A stretch of DNA of 61,499 bases, counting the filler. It is 6 parts of 6 records of this genome, joined end to end, with 100 filler letters (N's around TTAATTAATTAA, not from the genome) between each part and the next. Parts side by side here need not be neighbours in the genome. Positions count along the whole stretch, not along the records: positions 22,922 to 35,571 come from DRR723986_15130; positions 35,672 to 45,976 come from DRR723986_15138; 4 more parts are not named here. One strand, 5' to 3'. Position 1 is the first letter of the stretch; every line of letters starts with the position of its first letter. The notes beneath the pieces are model-generated. The model saw only the letters and a program-made list of their open reading frames with translations. It ran no database searches and had not been told where the DNA came from. Made by a program: the position numbers and the translations under genes. This document shows, in pieces, positions 30,801 through 39,474 of this stretch.

Positions 30801-32294
30801 ATGTCGGTGTTCAAGAAAATCCTGTTGGGGCTCGGCGCCCTGGTCGCGCTGCTGGTTGCCCTCGTGCTGTACCGCACTTTCACCTATGGCGGCGCCCCGG
30901 TCGGCGACCGGGTGGGACTGCCGGACGTGCCGGCCATCTCGGCTGATACGGCGGCGGAACACCTGTCACAGGCCATCCAGTTCAAGACCATCACGCTGGC
31001 AGGTGGCGATCCCCGCCCCGGCCAGGAAGGCCCGTGGCTGGAGCTGCATGACTGGCTGGAAGCGACCTACCCCGCCGCGCACGCCGCGATGACGAAGGAA
31101 ATCGTGCCGGACACGCTGACCCTGCTCTACACCTGGCAGGGCTCCGACCCGTCTCTCCAGCCACTGCTCCTGATGGCCCATCAGGATGTTGTGCCCGTGA
31201 ACATCGGCACCGAGGGCGACTGGACTGGCGCGCCATTCAAGGGCGACATCATAGATGGTTATATCTATGGCCGCGGCGCCCTCGACGACAAAAGCAATCT
31301 GATTGGCATCATGGAAGCGGTCGAAGCCCTCGCCGCGTCCGGCTTCCAGCCGAAACGGACCGTCATTCTCCAGTTCGGACATGATGAGGAAGTGCTGGGC
31401 TCCGGCGCGGAGAAAGCCATCGCCCTGCTGAAGTCCCGCGGCATCGAGCCGGTGATGGCCGTCGACGAAGGCTTTGCCATTCTCGATCCGTCGCCATTGA
31501 CCGGTGCCAAGATGGGCATGATCGGCGTCTCCGAAAAAGGCTATGTCACGCTGCAGGTCACCTCGGTCGGCACGGGCGGCCACTCGTCCATGCCGCCGCG
31601 CGACTCCGCGAACGTGCAACTCGGCAAAGCCATCGTCGCACTCGACGAAAACCAGATGCCGGCCGACTTCTCCAAGCCCCCGGTTTCCGACCTTCTTCTC
31701 GCCTCTGCCGGTGACATGCCGTTCATGCAGAAAATGGCACTGGCAAACATGTGGCTGTTCGGCGCCATGGTGGAGAAATCCTTCTCCACAACGCCTGCCG
31801 GCAATGCGATGATACGTACCACGACCGCCCCGACCATGCTGGGTGGATCGGCCAAGGAAAACGTGCTGCCGCAGCGCTCCACCGCGGTGGTCAATTTCCG
31901 CGTCCACCCGAACGACACGATCGCCGACGTAGTCGACCATGTGAAAGACGTGACAAAAGATATCGAAGGCATCCAGATCGGCGTGCCGGAAGAAGGCGGC
32001 GGCGAAGCCTCGCCTGTCTCGCCGACCGATGGCCGCCCCTATGCCGTTCTGGCCAGCGTGGCCGAAGCGGCCGGAGACGGCGCCCCGGTTGCTCCGGCGC
32101 TGGTGATCGGTGCAACAGATGGCCGCTACGCCACGGCGATCACACCGCGCGTCTACCGTTTCTCGCCAGCCGTCATCACGCCGGTGGACCTGACCGGTTT
32201 CCATGGCACAAACGAACGGATGTCGGTTGAGAATATGGGCCGCATCTCCAACGGCTTCGCCCAGATCATCGTTGCTATGGACCAGGGCGACTGA
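30801..32294 (+). CDS. M20 peptidase/amidohydrolase (carboxypeptidase S/PM20D1-like), N-terminally anchored
   Basis: LMAHQDVVP, GRGALDDK, GHDEE, GGHSSMP, GATDGR, HGTNER. Confidence 0.9.
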   Translation: MSVFKKILLGLGALVALLVALVLYRTFTYGGAPVGDRVGLPDVPAISADTAAEHLSQAIQFKTITLAGGDPRPGQEGPWLELHDWLEATYPAAHAAMTKEIVPDTLTLLYTWQGSDPSLQPLLLMAHQDVVPVNIGTEGDWTGAPFKGDIIDGYIYGRGALDDKSNLIGIMEAVEALAASGFQPKRTVILQFGHDEEVLGSGAEKAIALLKSRGIEPVMAVDEGFAILDPSPLTGAKMGMIGVSEKGYVTLQVTSVGTGGHSSMPPRDSANVQLGKAIVALDENQMPADFSKPPVSDLLLASAGDMPFMQKMALANMWLFGAMVEKSFSTTPAGNAMIRTTTAPTMLGGSAKENVLPQRSTAVVNFRVHPNDTIADVVDHVKDVTKDIEGIQIGVPEEGGGEASPVSPTDGRPYAVLASVAEAAGDGAPVAPALVIGATDGRYATAITPRVYRFSPAVITPVDLTGFHGTNERMSVENMGRISNGFAQIIVAMDQGD

Positions 32295-32318
32295 TCCTCA
32301 TCCGCTTACAGAACAACA

Positions 32319-32351
32319 GCGGCCGGCCCCTCTATTGAAGAAGCCGGCCGC
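32319..32351. terminator. Hairpin between convergent genes
   Basis: GCGGCCGGC-15 nt-GCCGGCCGC; no clear U-tract. Confidence 0.4.
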
Positions 32352-32361
32352 CGTCTCCCCC

Positions 32362-33690
32362 CTACTCCGCCGGGACAGCTGGTGCAGCCTGTCGATAGGC
32401 TGACGCGTCCGTCGTGAACTCGGCGTGGCCGTAGCGTACGAGCAGACGGCGGAGTTTGGCGACGAGGTGACGATCCACAAGTCCGCGCAGGCCCGGCACC
32501 TTCAGTGCCGTGCTGTAGATCGCCATTTTCGCCGCTATCATCGGGAACAGAACGCCGGCAACCGCATAGTCCAGCGGGCCGACGGGCACGCCGATATCGC
32601 GTGCCATCTGGCTGTTCCCACCCAGGAAGTGCTGCACCAGGACCAGCCGCGCGAGGCGTCGTTCCAGGGCATTGTGAATCTGGTTACCGAGAGATTTGTC
32701 CGGCGGCAGATAGGTCGACAGGGTCGCCCGCACCAGCGCCCCGCAGGTCTCGTCATCGAACCCGGCGCGGATCGAACCGCTGCGCGCATTCATGATATCG
32801 ATGATGCCCTGCGGCGTATCCATCAACAGGTCTTCCGGCAGGCCCAGCAGGAAACAGCGGTAGCGGCTGAACTCCACGCGGGCGCGCTCTTCCGGTGTGA
32901 ACTCCGTCCGGCCTTCTTCCACCATCTTGAAGGCCAGCAGGAACACATCGATCAGACCGGCCGGCATCTGGTCCACCTGCGGGATCGGAATACCGTAGAC
33001 GGACTGATCCCAGCCTTTCACCCGGCGCAGCACGTTGAAGCGCACCATCGAGTGCATCAGGCGCACCATGGCCGCGGCCTTGAAACCTTCCCCGCGGGGC
33101 TCCAGCGCGCCCGGCAGGGTCGTGAGGGTGAAGAAGGTCGCCGTCTCGTTCACACGGCGCGATGCCGTCGAGTGGCTGAGCGTTCCGGTCAGCGCCATGG
33201 GAAGCGCCGTATACTTGTTGAGGAAAGTGGCAAGGAAGGCGCCGCGGATCATCCAGGGCGAGGTCTCGGCCATCGGCAGCCGGTTCAGCCGCGCGCCTTC
33301 GCGCACAAGGTCCATGTCCAGCCAGTCGGGCTTCACTTCCATCTCGGCAATCAGCGCGGCCAGCTCCGGCGGCGCGTCCGGCACGGCATCTATGCCTTCG
33401 TCACAGGCTGTGGTCAGCATGTCGACCAGCCGCTTGAAACCGTATTGCGGCATCAGGGCCGCATAGGCGTCAGCGGTGATGTCGCCCAGCATCGTATAGG
33501 CTTTCACCCGCGCCACCATGCCGGCCGGCGGCGACGGGAATCTGGTCATGTAATCCTTCATTGAACTGACGGAAAGATCATCGGTGTAACGCTCCGGCAC
33601 CATCGAAAAGTCGATGTCCCCATACATCACCGGTAGGGCCGTTTTTTGAACCGCAATGCGCTTGTGCACATCTTCGAGCGATGCGGTCAT
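32362..33690 (-). CDS. Lcp/MpaB-like (DUF2236) heme oxygenase-family protein
   Basis: RRVNETATFF, VRLMHSMVR (candidate heme-ligating His), YGIPIPQVDQ; no signal peptide. Confidence 0.78.
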   Translation of the reverse strand: MTASLEDVHKRIAVQKTALPVMYGDIDFSMVPERYTDDLSVSSMKDYMTRFPSPPAGMVARVKAYTMLGDITADAYAALMPQYGFKRLVDMLTTACDEGIDAVPDAPPELAALIAEMEVKPDWLDMDLVREGARLNRLPMAETSPWMIRGAFLATFLNKYTALPMALTGTLSHSTASRRVNETATFFTLTTLPGALEPRGEGFKAAAMVRLMHSMVRFNVLRRVKGWDQSVYGIPIPQVDQMPAGLIDVFLLAFKMVEEGRTEFTPEERARVEFSRYRCFLLGLPEDLLMDTPQGIIDIMNARSGSIRAGFDDETCGALVRATLSTYLPPDKSLGNQIHNALERRLARLVLVQHFLGGNSQMARDIGVPVGPLDYAVAGVLFPMIAAKMAIYSTALKVPGLRGLVDRHLVAKLRRLLVRYGHAEFTTDASAYRQAAPAVPAE

Positions 33691-33729
33691 CTGGATCTCC
33701 CGTTGCGTTTGCGACGCTGTTTATCCAAT

Positions 33730-33750
33730 AATGTAAGAAATCCTCACGTT
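33730..33750. promoter_or_regulatory. Putative TetR operator
   Basis: Imperfect dyad AATGTAAG-aaatc-CTCACGTT (6 of 8 positions symmetric) in the 111-nt divergent spacer. Confidence 0.5.
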
Positions 33751-33801
33751 TTCCATTCGCATCTTGTTTTACGATTTTCACCAATCAGGGAGCCATCCTA
33801 A

Positions 33802-34404
33802 ATGGTTGAAATAAATAGAAGAAATCCAAAACAGGCGCGAGCTCGCGCCACCGTGGACGCGATTCTGGAAGCAGCCTTTCAGGTTTTGGATTCGGATGGA
33901 TACGCCAAATTCACGACCAGCCGCATCGCCAAGCGGGCCGGCGTTTCCATTGGCACGCTTTATCAGTATTTCGACGACCGCGACGCCATCCTACAGGAAC
34001 TCAGCCAGCGCTACAGCGATGCCCTGCGCGAGCGGATCACAAAGATGCTGCTCGAAGAGCCGGAGATGAGTAGCGTGCGAACCGCCATCCGCGCTGCCAT
34101 GCAGGGCGTCGAGGGCTCACCCGAAACCCAACTCGTTCTATCCAATACCATCTTTCAGACCCGCGGAGGCGCAGAGGTCAGCCGCCAGCACTCGGTGTTT
34201 ATGGATGCCCTCAGCACGCGTGGGGAGTACGGATTTGTTCTCGGCAAGGAAGCCTCCTTTATCCTGACCCATACCGTAGTCTACCTGCTGCGCGCGACGA
34301 TCATGGAACCTGAACTGGAACTCGACCCTCAGCGGCTGGAGGACGAACTGGTCCACCTGATGGAAAGCTATATCGCCAACCTTGCCGAACGTGCGGGTCT
34401 CTAG
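33802..34404 (+). CDS. TetR/AcrR-family regulator
   Basis: PKQARARATVDAILEAA, IAKRAGVSIGTLYQYF. Confidence 0.93.
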   Translation: MVEINRRNPKQARARATVDAILEAAFQVLDSDGYAKFTTSRIAKRAGVSIGTLYQYFDDRDAILQELSQRYSDALRERITKMLLEEPEMSSVRTAIRAAMQGVEGSPETQLVLSNTIFQTRGGAEVSRQHSVFMDALSTRGEYGFVLGKEASFILTHTVVYLLRATIMEPELELDPQRLEDELVHLMESYIANLAERAGL

Positions 34405-35571
34405 CCGCCGTTGAAGTGACCGTGGATTCGCTCGGCCAGCGCCTCGTTCACGCCGTCGACTTCCATCAGGTCCGCCACCTTGGCGCGGGAGACGCCTTTG
34501 GCCGATCCGAAATGGTGCAGCAGCGCCTTCTTGCGCGCGGGACCGATGCCTTCGATCTCGTCCAGCGGTGACTTGCCGATCGCGGCAGAGCGTTTCTGCC
34601 GGTGCGCCCCGATGGCCCAGCGGTGCGCCTCGTCGCGCAGGCGCTGGAGGTAGTAAAGCACAGGCGCATTTTCCGGCAGCTTGAACGGCGCCCGGCCCGG
34701 CCGGAAGAATTGTTCCCGCCCAGCATTCCGGTCGACGCCCTTGGCGATGGAGACCAGTGTCACATCGTCCGGCGTCAGATCAATCTCCGCAAGCGCCTCG
34801 ATTACGGCGTTCAACTGGCCGAGGCCGCCATCGATCAGCACAAGGTCCGGCCAGTTGGACGGGTCACCTTCCTCCAGCTCCTTCTTGGCGCGATTGAACC
34901 GGCGGCGCATCACTTCGCGCATCATGCCGTAATCATCGCCCGGCTCGATAGCCGTGTCCTTGATATTGAACTTGCGGTAGGCGTTCTTCATGAAGCCTTC
35001 CGGCCCCGCCACCACCATGCCGCCGACAGCATTCGTGCCCTGAATGTGGGAGTTGTCGTAAATCTCGATCCGCTCTGGCGGCTTTTCCAGTTCGAACACT
35101 TTCGCGACTTCATTCAGCAGGCGGGCCTGGCTCGCCGTTTCCGACAGTTTCCGCGTCACCGCTTCGCTGGCATTGCGGGCCGCCTGGGTGACGAGGTCTT
35201 TCTTGCTGCCGCGTTCCGGCTTGCGGATCTCGACCTTGCGGTTGGCCTTGAAGCTCAGCGCCTCGGCGATCAGGTCCGCCTGTTCCGGCATGTCGGAAAC
35301 GAGGATCAGCCGCGGCGGCGGACGCTTGTCATAGAACTGCACCAGGAAGGCCGAGAGCACTTCCTCCGCCGTCTGATCGCGTTCGTGACGCGGATAGTGC
35401 GCGCTCGCGCCCCAGTTCTGGCCCGCCCGGATGAAGAAGACCTGCACGCAGGAGACCCCGCCTTCCATCGAAATGGCGAAGATGTCGGCTTCCTCGATAT
35501 CGTCAGGGTTCACGTCCTGGCTGCCGCGGACATGGGCGATGGCGCGGATGCGGTCGCGCAGGGCGGCGGCG
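34401..35571 (-). CDS. uvrC: Excinuclease ABC subunit C (5' truncated)
   Basis: RIEIYDNSHIQG, DDYGMMREV, PDLVLIDGG, LQRLRDEAH, HhH motif IEGIGPARK. Confidence 0.96.
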
Positions 35572-35671
35572 NNNNNNNNNNNNNNNNNNNNNNNNNNNNN
35601 NNNNNNNNNNNNNNNTTAATTAATTAANNNNNNNNNNNNNNNNNNNNNNNNNNNNNNNNNNNNNNNNNNNN
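35572..35671. other. Artificial contig linker
   Basis: N-run, TTAATTAATTAA, N-run. Confidence 0.99.
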
Positions 35672-35967
35672 ATTGCGGGATTGTCACTGCGCAGGCCCTC
35701 TTCGAAGGCAAAGCGATACAGCTGTTTGATCGCTGACAAGCGCCGCGCACGGGTGGATTTGGCCAAACCCTGCGCATCGCAATACACCAGATAATCCTCA
35801 ACATCGGAACGCGCTGCATCCTCGAAATCGCGGGCGCGGCCCGCCAGGAACAGATCAAAATCCTTCAGATCCCGGCCATAGGCCAATTGTGTGTTGGTCG
35901 CGGCACCCAATTCGGCGGCCTGCGCCTCAAGAAAGGACGAAATCCAGTGGAAGGTGGCGGTTTGCAT
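35672..35967 (-). CDS. xerD: Tyrosine recombinase XerD, N-terminal fragment
   Basis: FLEAQAAELGAATNTQLAYGRDL, STRARRLSAIKQLYRF, DNPA; lies near aroK. Confidence 0.85.
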
Positions 35968-35970
35968 CGC

Positions 35971-37527
35971 TCAGGCCTCCAACAGCAAGACCTGCAGGGC
36001 CGCCCGGCGCGCGGTGTCTTCGAGCCCAAGCGCCCGCAGTGTCGCCAGCGCATCGCGCAGCGCCGCAGCATCGCCATTTGCGCCTTGTTGCAAGAGGCCC
36101 AGCAGCACAAGAATGCTTTCCCCCAGCCGGTCCTGAGCAACGTTTGCGATCAGATCTGCGCGGGGATTGGCCTCTGAAAAGGCATCATAAATGGCACCTG
36201 AAAGCGGTGCATCGGGCCGCCGGTCCGGCACGTCGCCCTTGGCAATCAAATCGGCAAAACCGCCATCTGGCGCAGCGGCGCTTTCATAATTGGGTGACAG
36301 CAACATGACCTTTTTCGCGATCTCCCCGGCGCTTCCGTGCAAGTCAAAGGTCGCCAGTTTCTCGTAGAACAAGCTTGAAAAGGTCACTTCCAAACCGGCA
36401 CTGCCCATGGCCGACCAGACCGCTGGAAGGGTCTTGGCAACGGCCTCCGCACTGCCGGTGGACAGGGCTGTCTCAAACCGTTGCAAGGCCGCGACCCGAT
36501 CCCAAATGCCGCCCGACGCGGCGGGAGATCGATCCGTGTAGAGGCCCAGCAAACGGTTGTCCGGCAATGCGCCCGCGCGGGTCAACCGCTCTGCCGCTTC
36601 CAACTGCGCCTTCCATCCGGCCAGATCGCGCAGATCTGCAACGGCAAAGGCGCGGGGCAAATTCCGGGTCGGTTGCGGCTCTCCGATCGCTTCGAACAGC
36701 CGAAAACTTAGCGGATCCATCTTGCGCGGCGCGGGCAGGGCGGCGGCCTCTTCAAAGGCGTCGGGGTGCAGAAACCGGTCTGCAAGATCCAGCTTTTCGG
36801 GGCTCATCAATCCCAAGGCCTGTGCCGATCCAAAGGTCAGCGATGCATTGTCCCATTTCTGATCGCGCGCCGCACAGAAGATCCGTGTGCCATAATCAGC
36901 CGTCAGATGCGCCGACCGCGACAGCATATTGCAAGCGCGGTCCTCGGTTCCGGTGAGCAGGCTGATCTGCATCCACAGATCAAAATGGGCAGCACTGGTC
37001 GTTACATTGGCCTGCTCGATCAACGAAAGCGCAGGATCAAGAGCGCCTTCTTTCAGCAGTTTCTCAACCCGCAAAAGCGCTAAAGCATCCCCGGCTGCGC
37101 TGCCGCCTTTGGGCGCTTGCGCCTCCGCCAGAAGGATTGTGAACAACAGCGATTGCGCCGCAGGCAGGCGCAAGTCCGGCAATGCTTCGATCAATGTTTT
37201 CAACCGGTTGACATCACTTCCGGCCCAAAGACCGGGCGGCAGGCCAGTGATCGCCGAAGGCACAAGCCCAATCTCGCGCGGCGCCCCATCGCCAAGTGGC
37301 ACGACAGACACCTCCGGTACGCTGCCGGTCTTGGCCACCGGAACTTCGTCGATGATCAAGCTGCGGGGTTGAGATCGGGGTGTCGCTGCCGCTTGGGTGC
37401 CAAGCCAATCTATCACTGAAAGCGGGGCAGCGGGAATCGTCTGCTGTGCTGCCAAAGGGACCGCAGTCAAAAGAACGCTTGTCGCCGCGATAATGGGCAT
37501 GTTCGAGAACTGGCAGCGGCGCAACAT
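35971..37527 (-). CDS. Hypothetical periplasmic alpha-helical protein
   Basis: Probable start 37527; signal peptide (PLAA-Q); ends 3 nt before xerD. Confidence 0.75.
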   Translation of the reverse strand: MLRRCQFSNMPIIAATSVLLTAVPLAAQQTIPAAPLSVIDWLGTQAAATPRSQPRSLIIDEVPVAKTGSVPEVSVVPLGDGAPREIGLVPSAITGLPPGLWAGSDVNRLKTLIEALPDLRLPAAQSLLFTILLAEAQAPKGGSAAGDALALLRVEKLLKEGALDPALSLIEQANVTTSAAHFDLWMQISLLTGTEDRACNMLSRSAHLTADYGTRIFCAARDQKWDNASLTFGSAQALGLMSPEKLDLADRFLHPDAFEEAAALPAPRKMDPLSFRLFEAIGEPQPTRNLPRAFAVADLRDLAGWKAQLEAAERLTRAGALPDNRLLGLYTDRSPAASGGIWDRVAALQRFETALSTGSAEAVAKTLPAVWSAMGSAGLEVTFSSLFYEKLATFDLHGSAGEIAKKVMLLSPNYESAAAPDGGFADLIAKGDVPDRRPDAPLSGAIYDAFSEANPRADLIANVAQDRLGESILVLLGLLQQGANGDAAALRDALATLRALGLEDTARRAALQVLLLEA

Positions 37528-37531
37528 CAGA

Positions 37532-37681
37532 TCATTCCGCGACCAAAGTGACCGGAATGTGGGTTTCCACCTGATCGGGGCTAAAATCGGCGCCAAAAAA
37601 CGGCCCGATATAAGCATAGCCGATCAACCCAATACATCCAATGATCAGGAGATATATCAGCAGTTTGATCAGTTTGCCCAT
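37532..37681 (-). CDS. Small single-TM membrane protein (49 aa), absent from the ORF track
   Basis: Translated by hand: MGKLIKLLIYLLIIGCIGLIGYAYIGPFFGADFSPDQVETHIPVTLVAE; stop lies 4 nt before the next start. Confidence 0.75.
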   Translation of the reverse strand: MGKLIKLLIYLLIIGCIGLIGYAYIGPFFGADFSPDQVETHIPVTLVAE

Positions 37682-37780
37682 GATTTGCCCATTTGTTTTT
37701 TGCTTTGTTCCTCAATCTATATATGGCCTTTTGGGTAAGATCACGTCATTCAGATGAAAATGAGCAAAATTGAGCAAACC

Positions 37781-38356
37781 ATGGCCGATGACCACACGTC
37801 AGCCCCGCGTTACCGTCTGAAAAAGACCGCCGTGATGGTGGGTATGATGGGCGCGGGCAAGACAGCGGTGGGTCGGGCTTTGGCGGCCAAGCTGGGCGTA
37901 CCTTTCCTTGACAGTGACGCGGAGATCGAACGTGCGGCCAATTTGACGGTGCCGGAAATCTTTGACCGCGATGGCGAGGTCTTCTTTCGCAAGCGGGAGG
38001 CCGAGGTAATTTCACGTTTGCTGGACAGTGAACGGGGCATCTTATCAACGGGCGGCGGTGCGTTTTTGGCCGATGAGAACCGGACAAACATTTCCGCGCG
38101 GGGCGTTTCGGTTTGGCTGAACGCGGATATCGAATTGCTTTGGAACCGGGTGCGGCACAAGGATACCCGGCCACTGCTGCGCACCGCAGATCCCAAAGCG
38201 ACGCTCACCTCGATTTATGATGCTCGGGTTCCTGTCTATCAAAAGGCTGATTTATCAGTCACTTGTCTGCCAAACCTCACAATAGAACAGATGGCGGACC
38301 GGGTGCTTGACGTGCTTTTGACCCGGCCTGACGTCCTGGAGAAAATCAATGCTTGA
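37781..38356 (+). CDS. aroK: Shikimate kinase
   Basis: GMMGAGKT, DSDAEIE, GEVFFR, STGGGA, RPLL; start between 37754 and 37781. Confidence 0.95.
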   Translation: MADDHTSAPRYRLKKTAVMVGMMGAGKTAVGRALAAKLGVPFLDSDAEIERAANLTVPEIFDRDGEVFFRKREAEVISRLLDSERGILSTGGGAFLADENRTNISARGVSVWLNADIELLWNRVRHKDTRPLLRTADPKATLTSIYDARVPVYQKADLSVTCLPNLTIEQMADRVLDVLLTRPDVLEKINA

Positions 38357-39464
38357 AACCGTTCGTGTCGATCTGCCGGGCCGGGCCTATGATGTGTGTA
38401 TTGGTCCCGGGCTTTTGCAAACCGCGGGCGAGCGGATTGCGCCGCTTGGCGGCCGCAAAAAGCTTTGCGTGGTCACGGATCACACGGTTGCGGCGCTGCA
38501 TCTGGATACATTGCGCGGCGGCCTGGGCGCGGCAGGTTTGGACATGGAGGTGTTGGAGCTGCCGCCGGGGGAAGGCACAAAATCCTGGCCGTTTCTCAGC
38601 CAGACTGTTGAATGGTTGCTCGACCAGAAGGTGGAGCGCGGCGATATTGTGATCGCTTTTGGCGGGGGTGTGATCGGCGATTTGGTCGGCTTTGCGGCGG
38701 CGATTCTGAGGCGCGGTGTGCGGTTTGTTCAGATCCCCACCTCGCTGCTGGCGCAAGTTGACAGCTCGGTCGGGGGTAAGACCGGCATCAACGCACCGCA
38801 GGGCAAAAACCTGATCGGGGCATTCCATCAGCCCTCGTTGGTTCTGGCGGACACGTCTGTTTTGAACACCATGACCGCGCGGGATTTTCTCGCCGGATAT
38901 GGCGAGGTGGTCAAATATGGGCTTTTGGGCGCGGCTGACTTTTTTGAATGGTTGGAAGTGCAGGGACCGGCCCTCGCGGCGGGTGATATGGCGGCCCGTG
39001 TCGAAGCGGTGCGCAAATCGGTGCAGATGAAAGCCGACATTGTGGTCCGGGATGAGACCGAACAGGGCGACCGTGCCTTGTTGAACCTGGGCCACACATT
39101 CTGCCACGCATTGGAGGCGGCCACCGGGTATTCGGGCCGTTTGCTGCATGGGGAAGGGGTGTCTATCGGCTGTGCATTGGCCTTCGAATTGTCGGCGCGG
39201 ATCGGCCTTTGTGCGCAAGAAGACCCAAGCCGGGTAAGGGCGCATCTCAAGGCGATGGGAATGAAAACCGATTTGGCCGATATCGAGGGAGAGCTGCCGG
39301 ACGCGCAGGGCTTGCTTGATCTGATGGGACAGGACAAAAAGGTGATCAAGGGCAGGCTGAACTTTGTTCTGGCCCGCGGCATCGGTAAGGCGTTTGTGAC
39401 ATCACAGGTGCCGGAAGACGCTGTTTTGAAAACACTGTCAGATGCATTGGCTGCACGTGGTTAG
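38349..39464 (+). CDS. aroB: 3-dehydroquinate synthase
   Basis: GGGVIGDLVGF, PTSLLAQVDSSVGGKTGIN, LNLGHTFCHALE, LHGEGV. Confidence 0.97.
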   Translation: MLETVRVDLPGRAYDVCIGPGLLQTAGERIAPLGGRKKLCVVTDHTVAALHLDTLRGGLGAAGLDMEVLELPPGEGTKSWPFLSQTVEWLLDQKVERGDIVIAFGGGVIGDLVGFAAAILRRGVRFVQIPTSLLAQVDSSVGGKTGINAPQGKNLIGAFHQPSLVLADTSVLNTMTARDFLAGYGEVVKYGLLGAADFFEWLEVQGPALAAGDMAARVEAVRKSVQMKADIVVRDETEQGDRALLNLGHTFCHALEAATGYSGRLLHGEGVSIGCALAFELSARIGLCAQEDPSRVRAHLKAMGMKTDLADIEGELPDAQGLLDLMGQDKKVIKGRLNFVLARGIGKAFVTSQVPEDAVLKTLSDALAARG

Positions 39465-39474
39465 GATCCTTTCA

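Noticed and set aside
35672-35967. Tyrosine recombinase as a mobile-element integrase
   Set aside because: Sequence and aroK-linked context fit housekeeping XerD.
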